Source of the DNA: Octopus sinensis
Lineage: Eukaryota
Assembly (NCBI RefSeq): GCF_006345805.1
Contig: NC_042997.1
Location: 138,260,001-138,324,000, forward strand
Length of the DNA: 64,000 bases
Reading direction: 5' to 3'
The position numbers and the translations under genes were made by a program. Of the stretch, positions 1-10,544 are shown one piece after another. The notes below the pieces were generated by a model. That model was not told the DNA's origin. It made no database searches and worked only from the letters and a program-made list of their open reading frames with translations. Each line of letters begins with the position of its first letter. The stretch's first letter is position 1.

Positions 1-298
1 GAATTTCCAGCATGTGAACAGTAAAGGTTGTGTCTATAATGATTAGTGCATGGGAACAGTAAGCAAAGATATAGACAAATGGCTGAAGGAGATTGGAATA
101 GAATGCCCAGTAGAGCTCCTACAGAAAGTCTGTCTCTTAGGGACAGCAATGATTATCAGGAGGGTTCTAAGCACTTGAAAGACTACTGAAAACTTGTGGA
201 TACCTAAGGTTTCAGGTAGTAACCTGCTACCCACATAAATCCTATCAGGAATAAGACCAAACCTGAAAAAAATCAAAATAATAATAATAATAATAATA

Positions 299-332
<34 letters not shown>
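1..332 (+). mobile_element. 3' end of a decayed R4/Dong-clade non-LTR retrotransposon with (TAA)n tail
   Basis: Manual translation from ~52 gives GTVSKDIDKWLKEIGIECPVELLQKVCLLGTAMIIRRVLST* (stop ~178), matching the C-terminus of the 12379-14289 ORF (LQEVQKIVLTGTSHVLRRAL). Short UTR follows, then (TAA)n ~278-332. Confidence 0.85.
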
Positions 333-334
<2 letters not shown>

Positions 335-507
335 CCAGTGGCCGAAATAGCAGTAGTAGCAGTGACTGTTGGTCGTAGTAGTTGTGACCGTGGTGGTGGT
401 GGTTGGAATTGTAGCAGTTCATTGGCTGTAGTAGTAGCAGCAGCAGTGGATGTATAAATATATATATATATATAAATAGGAAAAAAGCAACAAGAATGGA
501 TTAAAAT

Positions 508-594
508 CTCGGTACGATCGTTTCGTACGAGGACATCTTTAATAAGCTACAAAAAATGCAGTGAATACAGATGGCTCATACTCGTCAGCCGAAA
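508..594 (-). ncRNA. Mirror-copy hammerhead ribozyme motif on the minus strand
   Basis: Reverse complement of 657-743. The single difference turns a C-G pair in stem II into a U-G wobble, and the core is intact. Confidence 0.75.
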
Positions 595-656
595 AAACAT
601 CAGAGAATTCCCAAACATCAAAAGAGGTAGATATGTTTGGGAATTCTCTGATGTTT

Positions 657-743
657 TTTCGGCTGACGAGTACGAGCCATCTGTATTCACTGCATTTTTT
701 GTAGCTTATTAAAGATGTCCTCGTACGAAACGATCGTACCGAG
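657..743 (+). ncRNA. Type I hammerhead ribozyme motif (Penelope-type) with extended stem II
   Basis: tcgg-CTGACGA(663-669)-gtacgag...ctcgtac-GAAA(727-730)-c-gatc-GTA(736-738)-ccga. Stem I is tcgg/ccga, stem II is gtacgag/ctcgtac extended by catct/agatg, and minimal stem III has a palindromic GATC loop. Confidence 0.8.
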
Positions 744-891
744 ATTTTAATCCATTCTTGTTGCTTTTTTCCTATTTGTAATCACCCCACTTGTCGTATG
801 GTTAACACCATATAGATTTCCGGTGCATCCTAGTTAAGGACCATATTCATGTGAATTCTTTAGAATTCACTTGAATCTCAATTACTTAACC

Positions 892-964
<73 letters not shown>

Positions 965-1029
965 TTTCCACTGTGTAGACATCTGTTACATATATGTATA
1001 TGTGTGTGTGTGTGTCTATGTGTATGTAT

Positions 1030-1405
1030 GTTAGTGTCTTTGTATTGTTGTTTGTCTCCCAGCCACTGCGTAACAGCCAGTGCTGCTTTGTTTACATCCC
1101 TGTAACTTAGCAGTTTGGTAAAAGAGACTGGTAGAATAAGTACCAGACTTAAAAAAGATAAGTACTGGGATCAATTTGTTTGAGTAAACCCTTCAAGTCT
1201 GCAGTCCAGGGACAAAAACAAGTAAAAGATAGGAGATATATATATAGACATGGATATAAGATAGGCTTCTTTCTGGTTTCTCTCTACTAAATCCACTATA
1301 AAGCTTCAATCAGCTCGAGGCTATAGTAAACAACATTTACTCAAGATGCTGCACTGTAATACCAAACCTGAAGCAAAGCAAACTTCGCGACTACATAATT
1401 ATGTC
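1030..1405. mobile_element. Fragments of SINE family B (3' half on +, head half on -)
   Basis: Matches the family seen in full at 20590-20995 (gtttacatccctgtaacttagcagtttgg...aaacaagtaaaag; ctactaaatccact...aggctatagta). Confidence 0.65.
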
Positions 1406-2119
1406 CCATTAAACTAGAGGCAGTTTCATTTGGGCTGATATCCAAACAATGAAATAAAGGAAGATTAACTCAACAAAGCAGTCTCTAATATACAAAAGAA
1501 GATAAATAAATAGAAAACAAATGCACTGGATCAAAAGCTTTCTTGCCCAGGGCAGAACTGAGACTAAATAGGAGCCATAACAGTGTTTGCACCATGATAT
1601 AAATAAGAAATTGCAAGTGAATGGCTGAAGCAACTGGATTTAATTCACTAGCTTTGTAAAAGCAATATCGCTGTTTATTTAGTGACCTTTATCTTGTGAC
1701 CTGTTTGTTCATGTTCAGGTGACTAAACTAGCTTTATTTACATGTTTATATTTTTGTTAGTTGGGTTGGTCTTTTCAGTGTGTTGACACCTCTTGTTTGT
1801 AATATATTCTGCGTAATTCAGAATTAAAAAAAGAAACAAAAACAAAAATAAAACCTTTCTGTTTTTACTTTGTGAGGTCTTGCTATAGTTATAAGAAAGG
1901 ACTCTAAAGGTGATATTAACAGATGTTATTGTCATGAATAAGATATGAGTAATTAGATATGGACAAGCAGGCATGTGTGGCTTTGTGGTTACAAAACTCG
2001 TTTTGAAACTGCATTGTTATAAGTTCAATCTCACTGTGCAGCACTTCAGCCAAGTGCTTTTTACCAAAATTCCATATTGAACCAATATTGTATGAGCAGA
2101 ATTTGATACACAAAGACTT

Positions 2120-2188
<69 letters not shown>

Positions 2189-2445
2189 TGATGTTCACAG
2201 TCTTGAATTAAAAAATTTTTCATCATTATTCTATGTTTGACTTTTGCTTTATATTTGTACAAGTTGGCTCCAAGTCTCACCCAGAGACCTCAAGAGACAA
2301 CAGGTTGGAAGTTCACGTTGTTGTTATGCCTAGTGTGCCGTATATTTGGGGTTTTTTTTGGTGTTGTACTAGTGAATGTCTAATAAATAAATAAATAAAA
2401 AAAGTGTTTGTTTTAAACCTTAAGATTACATAGAAAGTATTTTGC

Positions 2446-2480
<35 letters not shown>

Positions 2481-2519
2481 GTTACTATTATTATTGTTAT
2501 TGTTGTTGTTGTTGTTATT

Positions 2520-3150
2520 ATTATACTGATGACCTTGCTCTAATAGCTGAGTCACTACCAGAACTAGAGGAGAAGTTTCAGGTGTAGAAGCAAGGTCTAG
2601 AATTGAAGGGCCTTAGAGTTGGTCTAACAAAAACCAAAGTCTTAGTAAGTTGGAAGGCAGACAAATCACAAATCCCTTCAGGTAGATGGCCCTGCTCAGT
2701 CTGTAGAAAAGGCATAGGTAGAAACTCCATATGATGTACTTGGTGTAAGCTATGGACACATAAAAGGTGCAGCAATAACAAAGGAAGGTTAACTGGTGTG
2801 ACAGATGTACAGGGGCAATAAAATCTGAAGCTGTACAGAAAATAGATTCCATCACATGCCAGGGGGGAAAAACTAGAAGTAGTTGATAGCTTCTGTTACC
2901 TATGTGATCAAGACAGTTACGGGGGTGGATGCTCTGAGAGTGTAGCTGTTGGAATAAGAATAACCTGGGAAAAGTTCAGAGAGCTCCTACATCTGCTGGT
3001 AACAAAGGGCCTTTTGCTCAGAATGAAAGTTAGACTGTATGATGCATGAATGCGAACAGCCATGCTACATGGCTGTGAAACATGAGTTGTAACTGTTGAG
3101 GACATACATAGGCTTGAAAGAAATGAAGCTATTATGCCCCACTGGATGTG
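2520..3150 (+). mobile_element. Decayed RTE-clade LINE fragment (RT C-terminal region with a PHD-like finger)
   Basis: Manual translation: LYTDDLALIAESLPELEEKFQV*KQGLELKGLRVGLTKTKVLV...GRWPCSVCRKGIGRNSI*CTWCKLWTHKRC...KLEVVDSFCYL...WEKFRELLHLL...KVRLYDA*MRTAMLHGCET*. Contains stops and frameshifts. Confidence 0.85.
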
Positions 3151-3425
3151 TAATGTCACCATTCAAGCATGGCCAATGCCAGTGCCGGTGGCACATAAAA
3201 AGCACCATTGAAGCATGGTCAATGCCAGTGCTGCCTGACTGGCTCCCATGCCAGTGGCGCATTAAAAGCACCTGCTATACTCTCAAACTGGTTGGTGTTA
3301 GGAAGGGCTGTAGAAACCCTGCCAGATCAGATTGGAGCCTGGTGCAGCCTCCTGGCTTGCCAGTCCTCAGTCAAACTGTCAGCATGGAAAGTGGACATTA
3401 AACGGCAATGATGATGATGACGATC
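3150..3425 (+). mobile_element. SINE family C (RTE-type tail ending in (GAT)n)
   Basis: gtggcacataaaaagcacc...gttggtgttaggaaggg...cagattggagcctggtgcagc...gcatggaaagtggacattaaac followed by (gat)n. Same family at 57440-57706 and 59240-59722. Confidence 0.75.
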
Positions 3426-3460
3426 ATCATCATCATCATTATCAACATCATCATCATTAA

Positions 3461-3506
<46 letters not shown>

Positions 3507-4043
3507 GTTATTATTATCTCTGAAAAGGCTGTTTGCTTTTTGATTTTTGTTTTTGCTTTTTGTTTTTGTGTGATTAGATCCTGTTGTTGTTGACAATGCC
3601 TGGATTAACTTTTCCAGCATTGATTATAATTTAATTAAATGATTATAACAATAAAACATTGCATAAAATACAGTTTTTAGCATAAAGCAGTTATTTCTTA
3701 TAAGCATTACATAGAATAAATCAATAATTGTTATAAACTGAAGTATAACACAAGCAGATAATTCACACAAAGAAATATATATTTCCACTTGCTATTAAAT
3801 ATGTAATAATACAGAGATAAACAAGAAAATTGCTAATAGTGCATTAGCTGTCTCTGTTGCTTTTGTTATTGATGTTGCTGTTATGAGTTTAACCACCTTA
3901 AGATATGCTTCAGATACTCAAGTCTACTGTGCTTAATTCTTGTTTCACTCAACAGTGGCTACACTGGTCAGAACAAATTTGAAAGAAACTCAATTCCCTC
4001 ACAACACACTTAAGATTTCTAGAGTTTCAAAACTCTATCTTAC

Positions 4044-4222
4044 TTGCCTTCTGTTGAAGCCAATCTGTTTTTTTTTTGTATTGGTTTTGTCAAATAGAAG
4101 ATTTGAGGCTCATCATTACATGAGCCCTTATTTCTATTGACCCTGTTATTCATCCTGGATTTAATCTGTTTTGGACCAAAAATAACAGCCCAAAGGAGGT
4201 GAAGGAGTTTCTTTTCTGATGA
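4044..4222 (-). CDS. Candidate isolated exon, unidentified (SSEKKLLHLLWAVIFGPKQIKSRMNNRV...)
   Basis: Acceptor ttgttttag, 59 open codons, donor AA|gtaaga (alternative G|gcaagt). No family recognised. Confidence 0.2.
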
Positions 4223-4379
4223 CTAAAACAATTTCATACTGCACAGCATCTGTTACTGTAGAAATTCTTAAGGTTAGAAGTCACGGAAAAGCAATGATCA
4301 AAAGCCCATGAAATGGAGAATGAGAACCAAGTTGAATTGCTTAATTGAGAACTTGGAATGTTAAATACAACATTTGAAA

Positions 4380-5595
4380 AGAAGATGGTGAAGGTAAGAA
4401 ACAGTAATGAGCCCTAAAGAAAGTATAACATTAGCCACAGAAGAGTATAGGTCGCTAAAAAGTATTAAGGTACCCGGCTTCTTTTTAAAATGGACAAAGA
4501 GAAAACTACAGGAATTTGATAGAAGAACTTGGAAGCTGCATACATTGCACAATATACACCACCCTGAAAGTAATGTCAACACACTTCAAAGAAAGAAAAA
4601 AAAATAGAGGTTTATTAAAGGCAAAAGACACTTTCAAAACTGTGATATTGTATTTTGAAGAACTATTTAGTATGTAGTGAAGAAAGAATACCATCTGCCA
4701 CTTGAAATATCTGAAAAGTCACCGAAAAGGAAGAGAGTTTAACGACAAAGGGAAGAACAATGGGATAAATACATGAAAATTACATGGTCAGTTCATGCAA
4801 CAAACTGAGAATGGTGAAAGTAAAGGATGCTGGTTATGGCTGACAGATGGAAGCCTGAAATGAGAAACTGAAATGCTAATTATAGCCACTTAATTACAGT
4901 TAGCAATTCACTTTCAAACCATTAAAGTCATTAAAATTAATTTGATGAAGACGTTTAATAATACTCAGTTAGAAAGCAAATTCAGAATCTGTGGAAAAGG
5001 AGATGAAAGTATTAACCTTCTCTTAAGTGAGTGCATTAAGCTAGCACAAAAGATTATAAACAAAAGCATGACTGTGTCAGTAAAAGAATGCACTGGGATG
5101 TTATCTGTGTGGATTCTAAGTGATGGGAAAGTGAGATAGTGATAAATCATAGAATTTTATAGGATTTCTCCATAAAAACTGCTCACACAATTGAAGTAGA
5201 CTCTTGTGAAACACAAGACAGTGTAAAGTCATAAACTTTTCAGTGGACTTTTCTATATGATAATATAGCTCATGAGCTGAAACTGGAAAAATCAATAGAT
5301 AGCAAAGAAATTGAGAAAATTGAGAAATAATGCAACCTAGCCAAAGAGATGCAGAGATTATGGAAGATAGAGATAACAAAAGTTCCTGTAGTAATTTGTG
5401 TACTTAGCACAGCACCTAAACTGCTAAGTGGTTGAAGGATCTTGGAATTAGGATTAACATTATCGACCTGCAGAAAAGTCTCATCCAGTATTCTGCAAAA
5501 ATCATAAGAAAGATTCTTAAGATTTGAGGAGACTTGATATCACTAAACCTCAACACGACATACCTGCTAACTAAAGTAGCACGTAATAGCTTCAC

Positions 5596-5647
<52 letters not shown>
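4380..5647 (+). mobile_element. Decayed R4/Dong relic with (TAA)n tail
   Basis: LKWTKRKLQEFDRRTWKLHTLHNIHHPESNV (cf. DRKIRKLL...HHPKADV), CWLWL..GSLK*ETE, KFRICGKGDESINLLLSEC (zinc knuckle), LQKSLIQYSAKIIRKILKI*. TAA tail from ~5597. Confidence 0.85.
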
Positions 5648-5649
<2 letters not shown>

Positions 5650-5689
5650 GACGATGACGATCACTGTTATGGGTATTAGTGCACCCCCA

Positions 5690-6018
5690 GCCATACCAAA
5701 TAACATGAATGTTGTAAGTAAAGAGGCTGAAAAATGTCACCAAGTACTCCAAATGGAAATGGCAAGACTGTATGGAATGCAAGGGGGTAATGTAAAAGTG
5801 ATACCAGTGGTGATCAGAGCATTGGGCTCAATCCCTTTGAAACTTCAAAACTTCTTCAGGCAACTGGAACTCCTATGAAAGATTGATGTCTTGCAAAAAG
5901 CAGCTTTATTGGACACAGTGCACATCTTAAGGAAAGTACTATCTATCTGAAGTACTTGTTGTGACTTGACTGATGACTAAAGACTCTGGTACGTTTTTAC
6001 CTACACTGTGTTACGAAG

Positions 6019-6059
<41 letters not shown>

Positions 6060-6092
6060 TAATAATAATAATATAATAATAATAATAATAAT
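5690..6092 (+). mobile_element. 5'-truncated R4/Dong 3' fragment with (TAA)n tail
   Basis: ...LQMEMARLYGMQGGNVKVIPVVIRALGSIP...IDVLQKAALLDTVHILRKVLSI*, then UTR and (TAA)n 6020-6092. Confidence 0.85.
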
Positions 6093-6356
6093 TATCATTA
6101 TCATTATTTCATTTATTAGCCACTAGGGCTGACATATAGGAGATGGTACAGTAGACATGGACAGTGGGGATTTGTTATTGCAGCGCAAGATCAGAGCTTA
6201 TCTACCAGAAACGGAAAGCACTCTCCATCTGAAACAGAATGAATGTGATAATTTTAGCATGCTTAGCAAAACAAAGGTGCCCTTGCTACTCTTGGCCTCT
6301 GGAGGATGCCTGGTACTAAGGCAGCTGAAATTAAGTTATAATGAAAAGAAACCATA

Positions 6357-6432
<76 letters not shown>

Positions 6433-6448
6433 GTAACAGTAATAATAA

Positions 6449-6666
6449 TCCTTTCTACTAAAGGCACAAGGTCTGAAATTTTGGTGGGAGGGGACTAGTT
6501 GATTTCATCAACCCCAGTGCTCAACTGGTACTTATTTCATTGAACCTGAAAGTATGAAAGGCAAACTCTACCTCTGGAGAATTTAAATTCAGATCATAAA
6601 GATGGACAAAATACTGCCAAGCATCTTGTCTGGCATGCTAATGATTCTGCCCAGCTCACTGCCTTA
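6449..6666 (-). mobile_element. SINE family A (tRNA-like head, conserved gcctttcatcc...aagtacc core)
   Basis: Reverse complement aligns with the TSD-delimited copy at 8059-8271. Confidence 0.8.
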
Positions 6667-6702
6667 AATTGTAATAATAATAATAATGATAATAATTATA
6701 AT

Positions 6703-7226
6703 AAATGTCTGATGCAGTACCAGGTAGTGGCTTTCATGGCTTCTCATCTTAACTGAATGGAAGTTTTATCATGTACTTTGTTTTGTCTTGGTATAAAAGA
6801 TGGGCTACAGTAAATATTCTGTTCAATACCATAGGTTTGCTAGTCAGTTGCTTGACCTTAACTAGCTGAGCATGTCCCTTAGTGGCTGACGTTATCTGCA
6901 TCTCTGATCATGAGTAGAAGTAGTGGGGAGCATCATAGCTATGTGTCAAAAGGAATTCTTTTGGGTTTGGAAATGTGGGTGTTTTGTTCAACATTCAGGG
7001 GCCTTTTGAGTGGGATGGGCTATTTGACCTGAAGAAAACTGTAACTGGGCTCCACTTGCAAGTTCATGTGCTGTTAATCTTGATATGAGATCATCATGTC
7101 ATGCACATATGGTTGTGATGCATGTGCCTGGTGTACCCTTTTCAGACAAGTAGTCATGATGGGTATACTGGGCTTCGTATATTTTACCCCAGTGTCACTT
7201 TGATGGCATGCTCTGCTCTCTCCCTC
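6703..7226 (+). mobile_element. Non-coding ~520-bp interspersed repeat (family E) between (TAA)n tracts
   Basis: Starts aaatgtctgatgcagtaccagg and ends ctctgctctctccctc-(aat)n. A second, partial copy follows at 7260-7597. Orientation inferred from the TAA tail. Confidence 0.7.
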
Positions 7227-7259
<33 letters not shown>

Positions 7260-7263
<4 letters not shown>

Positions 7264-7597
7264 GCCCTGATGCTGTACCAGGTACTGGCTCTCAGGAATT
7301 CTGATCTTAACTGATTGGAAGTGTCATCATGTACATGTTTTGCCTTGGTGTAAAAATATGGGCTACAGCAAATATTCTGCTCAATACTACAGACGTGCTT
7401 GTCAGTTGTTTGACCTTAACAAGTGGAGCATGTCCCTTAGTGGCTGATGATATGTGCATCTCTAAGCAGTAGTAGTGGGGAGGCATCATAACCATGTGTT
7501 GAGAGGATTTCCTTGGGGTTTGAATAATTCACCTCTGGTAATATGGGTGTTTTGTTCATCAACCTTAAACAACCCTCATTCATGGACCTTTTGAATT
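7260..7597 (+). mobile_element. Partial second copy of family E
   Basis: Direct homology to 6703-7010, then joins the R4/Dong coding fragment. Confidence 0.7.
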
Positions 7598-8430
7598 GCC
7601 AAACAGAGAGAGAATGGAAAACCCGGACAATGATGGGTACAAGTACCTTGGGATCCTGGAGCTGGATAATATCTTGTATTGAGAAATGAAAAACAAGGTC
7701 ATCACTGCATATTTGAAGTGCCTCAATCTTCTCTTGAGATCAAAACTCAACCGAAGGAACCTTGTGACTGCCATCAACATATAGGCTGTTGTTGTAGTCT
7801 GCTAGAGTGCACCCATCCTGAAATCGACACAAGCAGAGATTAACCAACTCGAATGCACAATCTGAAAGACAATGACAATCCATGGTGCCCTCCACCCTAA
7901 GGCAAATATACACAGGCTCTACATAAAGAGGTGTAAAGGTGGACACGGACTGATTAGCATACAGGAGTACATCAACAGTGAAAGAAGAAACATGGAGGAA
8001 TATTTGGTAAGCAGCAAACAAGACCTGCTACAGTATGCTGCTAATGCAGAAGGATTTAAAGGCGGCGAGTTGGCAGAAAGTTAGCATACCAGGCAAAATG
8101 CTTAGCAGTATTTTGTCTGTTTTTACGTTCTGAGTTCAAACTCTGCCGAGTTCGACTTTGCCTTTCATCCTTTTGGGGTTGATAAATTAAGTGCCAGGTG
8201 CATACTGGGGTCAATCTAATTGACAGGCCTCCACCCATCAAATTTCAGGCCTTGTGCCTAGAGTAGAAAAGAATGCAGAAGGATTTATCAAAATTGGACT
8301 TGAGGGTGCTAATGAATTCCAATCAGGAAGAGCCAATGAGGGAGAAGAAACTCTACTCTGCATAGAACTACACGGTCAGTTCCACCATGAAACTAACATA
8401 ATGATATTGGATACTGTGCAACATCTTAAA
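7590..8430 (+). mobile_element. R4/Dong internal coding relic interrupted by a SINE
   Basis: DGYKYLGILELD...SKLNRRNLVTAINI*AV...MTIHGALHPKANIHRLYIKRCKGGHGLISI...; the relic resumes after the SINE (ELHGQF-like motif). Confidence 0.85.
8059..8271 (+). mobile_element. Full-length SINE family A with 16-bp target-site duplication
   Basis: TSD aatgcagaaggattta at 8043-8058 and 8272-8287. A-box-like tggcagaa and B-box-like gagttcaaa. Core gcctttcatccttttggggttgataaattaagt resembles the Meta/MESC SINE core (from recollection). Confidence 0.9.
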
Positions 8431-8441
8431 TAATAATGATA

Positions 8442-8640
8442 ATCCTTTCTACTAAAGGCACAAAGCCTGAAATTTTGTAGGGAGGGTTTAAGTTGATAAC
8501 ATCAACTCTGGTACTCAACTAATACTTTTTTTTATCAATCCCAAAAGAAGGATGAAAGGCAAAGTTGATCTCGGTAGAATTTGAACTCAGAACATGAAGA
8601 CGGACCAAATGCTGTTATAAATTTTATTCCGTGTGCCACC
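8442..8640 (-). mobile_element. SINE family A
   Basis: Reverse-complement homology to 8059-8271. Confidence 0.75.
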
Positions 8641-8679
8641 TCACCACCTTAATAATAAATAATAAATAATAATAATAAA

Positions 8680-8787
8680 TAGATAGTTGGAAAGGACAGA
8701 CAACATGGTACCATAGACTGCAGACAGCCAGCTCATTACAAATGCAAGACTCCATGAATTACAATAAAACCTGAAATAAAAAAAAAG
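8680..8787 (+). repeat. ~105-bp TAA-flanked stub, probably an R4/Dong 3' UTR
   Basis: Homologous to 15878-15980 and to the start of 14494-14525. Flanked by (TAA)n. Confidence 0.55.
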
Positions 8788-8800
8788 AATAATAATAATG

Positions 8801-8867
<67 letters not shown>

Positions 8868-8879
8868 GAAGAAGAGAAG

Positions 8880-8911
<32 letters not shown>

Positions 8912-9084
8912 GAAGAAGAAGAGATAGAGCGCCAGCCTTGACAGCGGCTGGACATGTTCCTCACTGCTCTGACAGTTCGGTGGCCGAAAGCCATAGAACC
9001 ACTAATATGGGCCAGTTTAGCAACGGGGAAAAATAACTCTCAAAGACTGGAACATCTACAATACCTTGTGAGTATTTGAAATTC

Positions 9085-10005
9085 TCTTCAAAGTGGGTTA
9101 AGAAATTTACAAATTTACATATCTGCAGCTTTCAAACATACATCCGATCGGCTTTAAAAACTTTAATACCCACAACTGCCTCTGTAAGCACCCTTTTTTT
9201 TCTTCTCTCTAAAAACATCACCCTTTTCTTTTTGTGGACTTGCAAAACCCTAAAACTTTCTATGAAAATCTGACTTTTCTTTGCTTCCTCCCAGAATATT
9301 CAAATATAAATGTAAACATATACTTTTTATTGCAAAAACACACCTGTTCTTCTAACTGGACATACAAACATCTCTAGAGGGGTCAACTTCAACCTCCACA
9401 ATATTACCTTGCACGAAATATACAAACACTTTTTATTGCAATAACACAAACGCACATGGAAAAAATAATGATGCTAAGATTCTCTCTGGTCGAACACAGC
9501 TTCTCTATTCACAAATAATACAGAACAGCCCTTCAAAATAAGTTAAGAAAATTTACAAATTTACATATCTACAGTTTTCAATCATACATTCGACCAGCTT
9601 TAAAAACTTTGATACCCACAATTGCCTCTGTAAACATCCTTTTTTTTTTTTCTTCTCTCTAAAAACATCACGCTTTTCTTTTTCTTTTCTTTTTGTGGAC
9701 TTACAAAACCCTAAAACTTTCTATGAAAATCTGACTTTTCTTTGCTTCCTCCCAGAATATTCAAATATAAATGTAAACATATACTTTTTATTGTAAAAAC
9801 ACACCTGTTCTTCTAACTGGACATACAAACATCTCTAGAAAAGTCAACTTCAACCTCCACAATATTACCTTACACGAAATATACAAACACTTTTTATTGC
9901 AATAATACAAACGCACATTGAAAAAAAAAAAAAAAATGATGATGCTAAGATTCTCTCTGGTCGAACACAACTTCTCTATTCACAAACAATACAGAACAGC
10001 CCTTC
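9085..10005. repeat. Tandem duplication, two ~450-470-bp units
   Basis: ~9085-9535 and ~9531-10005 are highly similar (gttaagaaa(a)tttacaaatttacatatct...acagaacagcccttc) with scattered substitutions and homopolymer differences. Confidence 0.9.
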
Positions 10006-10544
10006 CTTAATTTTTCTTAAGCCTACTAGTAGTAAACATCTGAACTTTTTTTGACCGATAGGACCCCACCTAAAAAAAAAAAAAAAAAAAAAATATCACT
10101 GATGGTGATGGTGATGATGATAATAATGATAGTAATTGTGCTGATAATCTATCTATCTATCTACTCACACACACACACTCAAAGAGTTCAACCAACACAA
10201 ACCTCACCATGGCTCTATTGTTAACCAAATATGAAAGTATTATTTGACAGGCAAGAACTCTGGCATTGAAGACAGTCAGCCAGCCAACCACCAAGCCAGC
10301 CAATGAGACAGACAGACACTACTGTGATGGTGATAATGATAAAAAACAAAAATAACAATAATAAGATACTGCTGTGACTACACATAAAACAATATCATTG
10401 ATGATGATGGTGGTGATGGTGATGATGATAATGATGATGGTAATGGTGGTGATAATGATGATAGTGATAATAATGGTGATGATAATAACAATAATAAGCC
10501 GACTACGGCTGCTATAATGGTACGATTATAATTGTAACGGCAAT

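Larger units (their letters stand above)
474..777. repeat. Long inverted repeat (145-bp arms, 14-nt loop), probable Penelope-like inverted pLTR remnant
   Basis: 474-618 is the reverse complement of 633-777 with one mismatch (578/673). Loop is caaaagaggtagat. Flanked by (TA)n; about 115 bp of unique tail follows the right arm. Confidence 0.9.
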
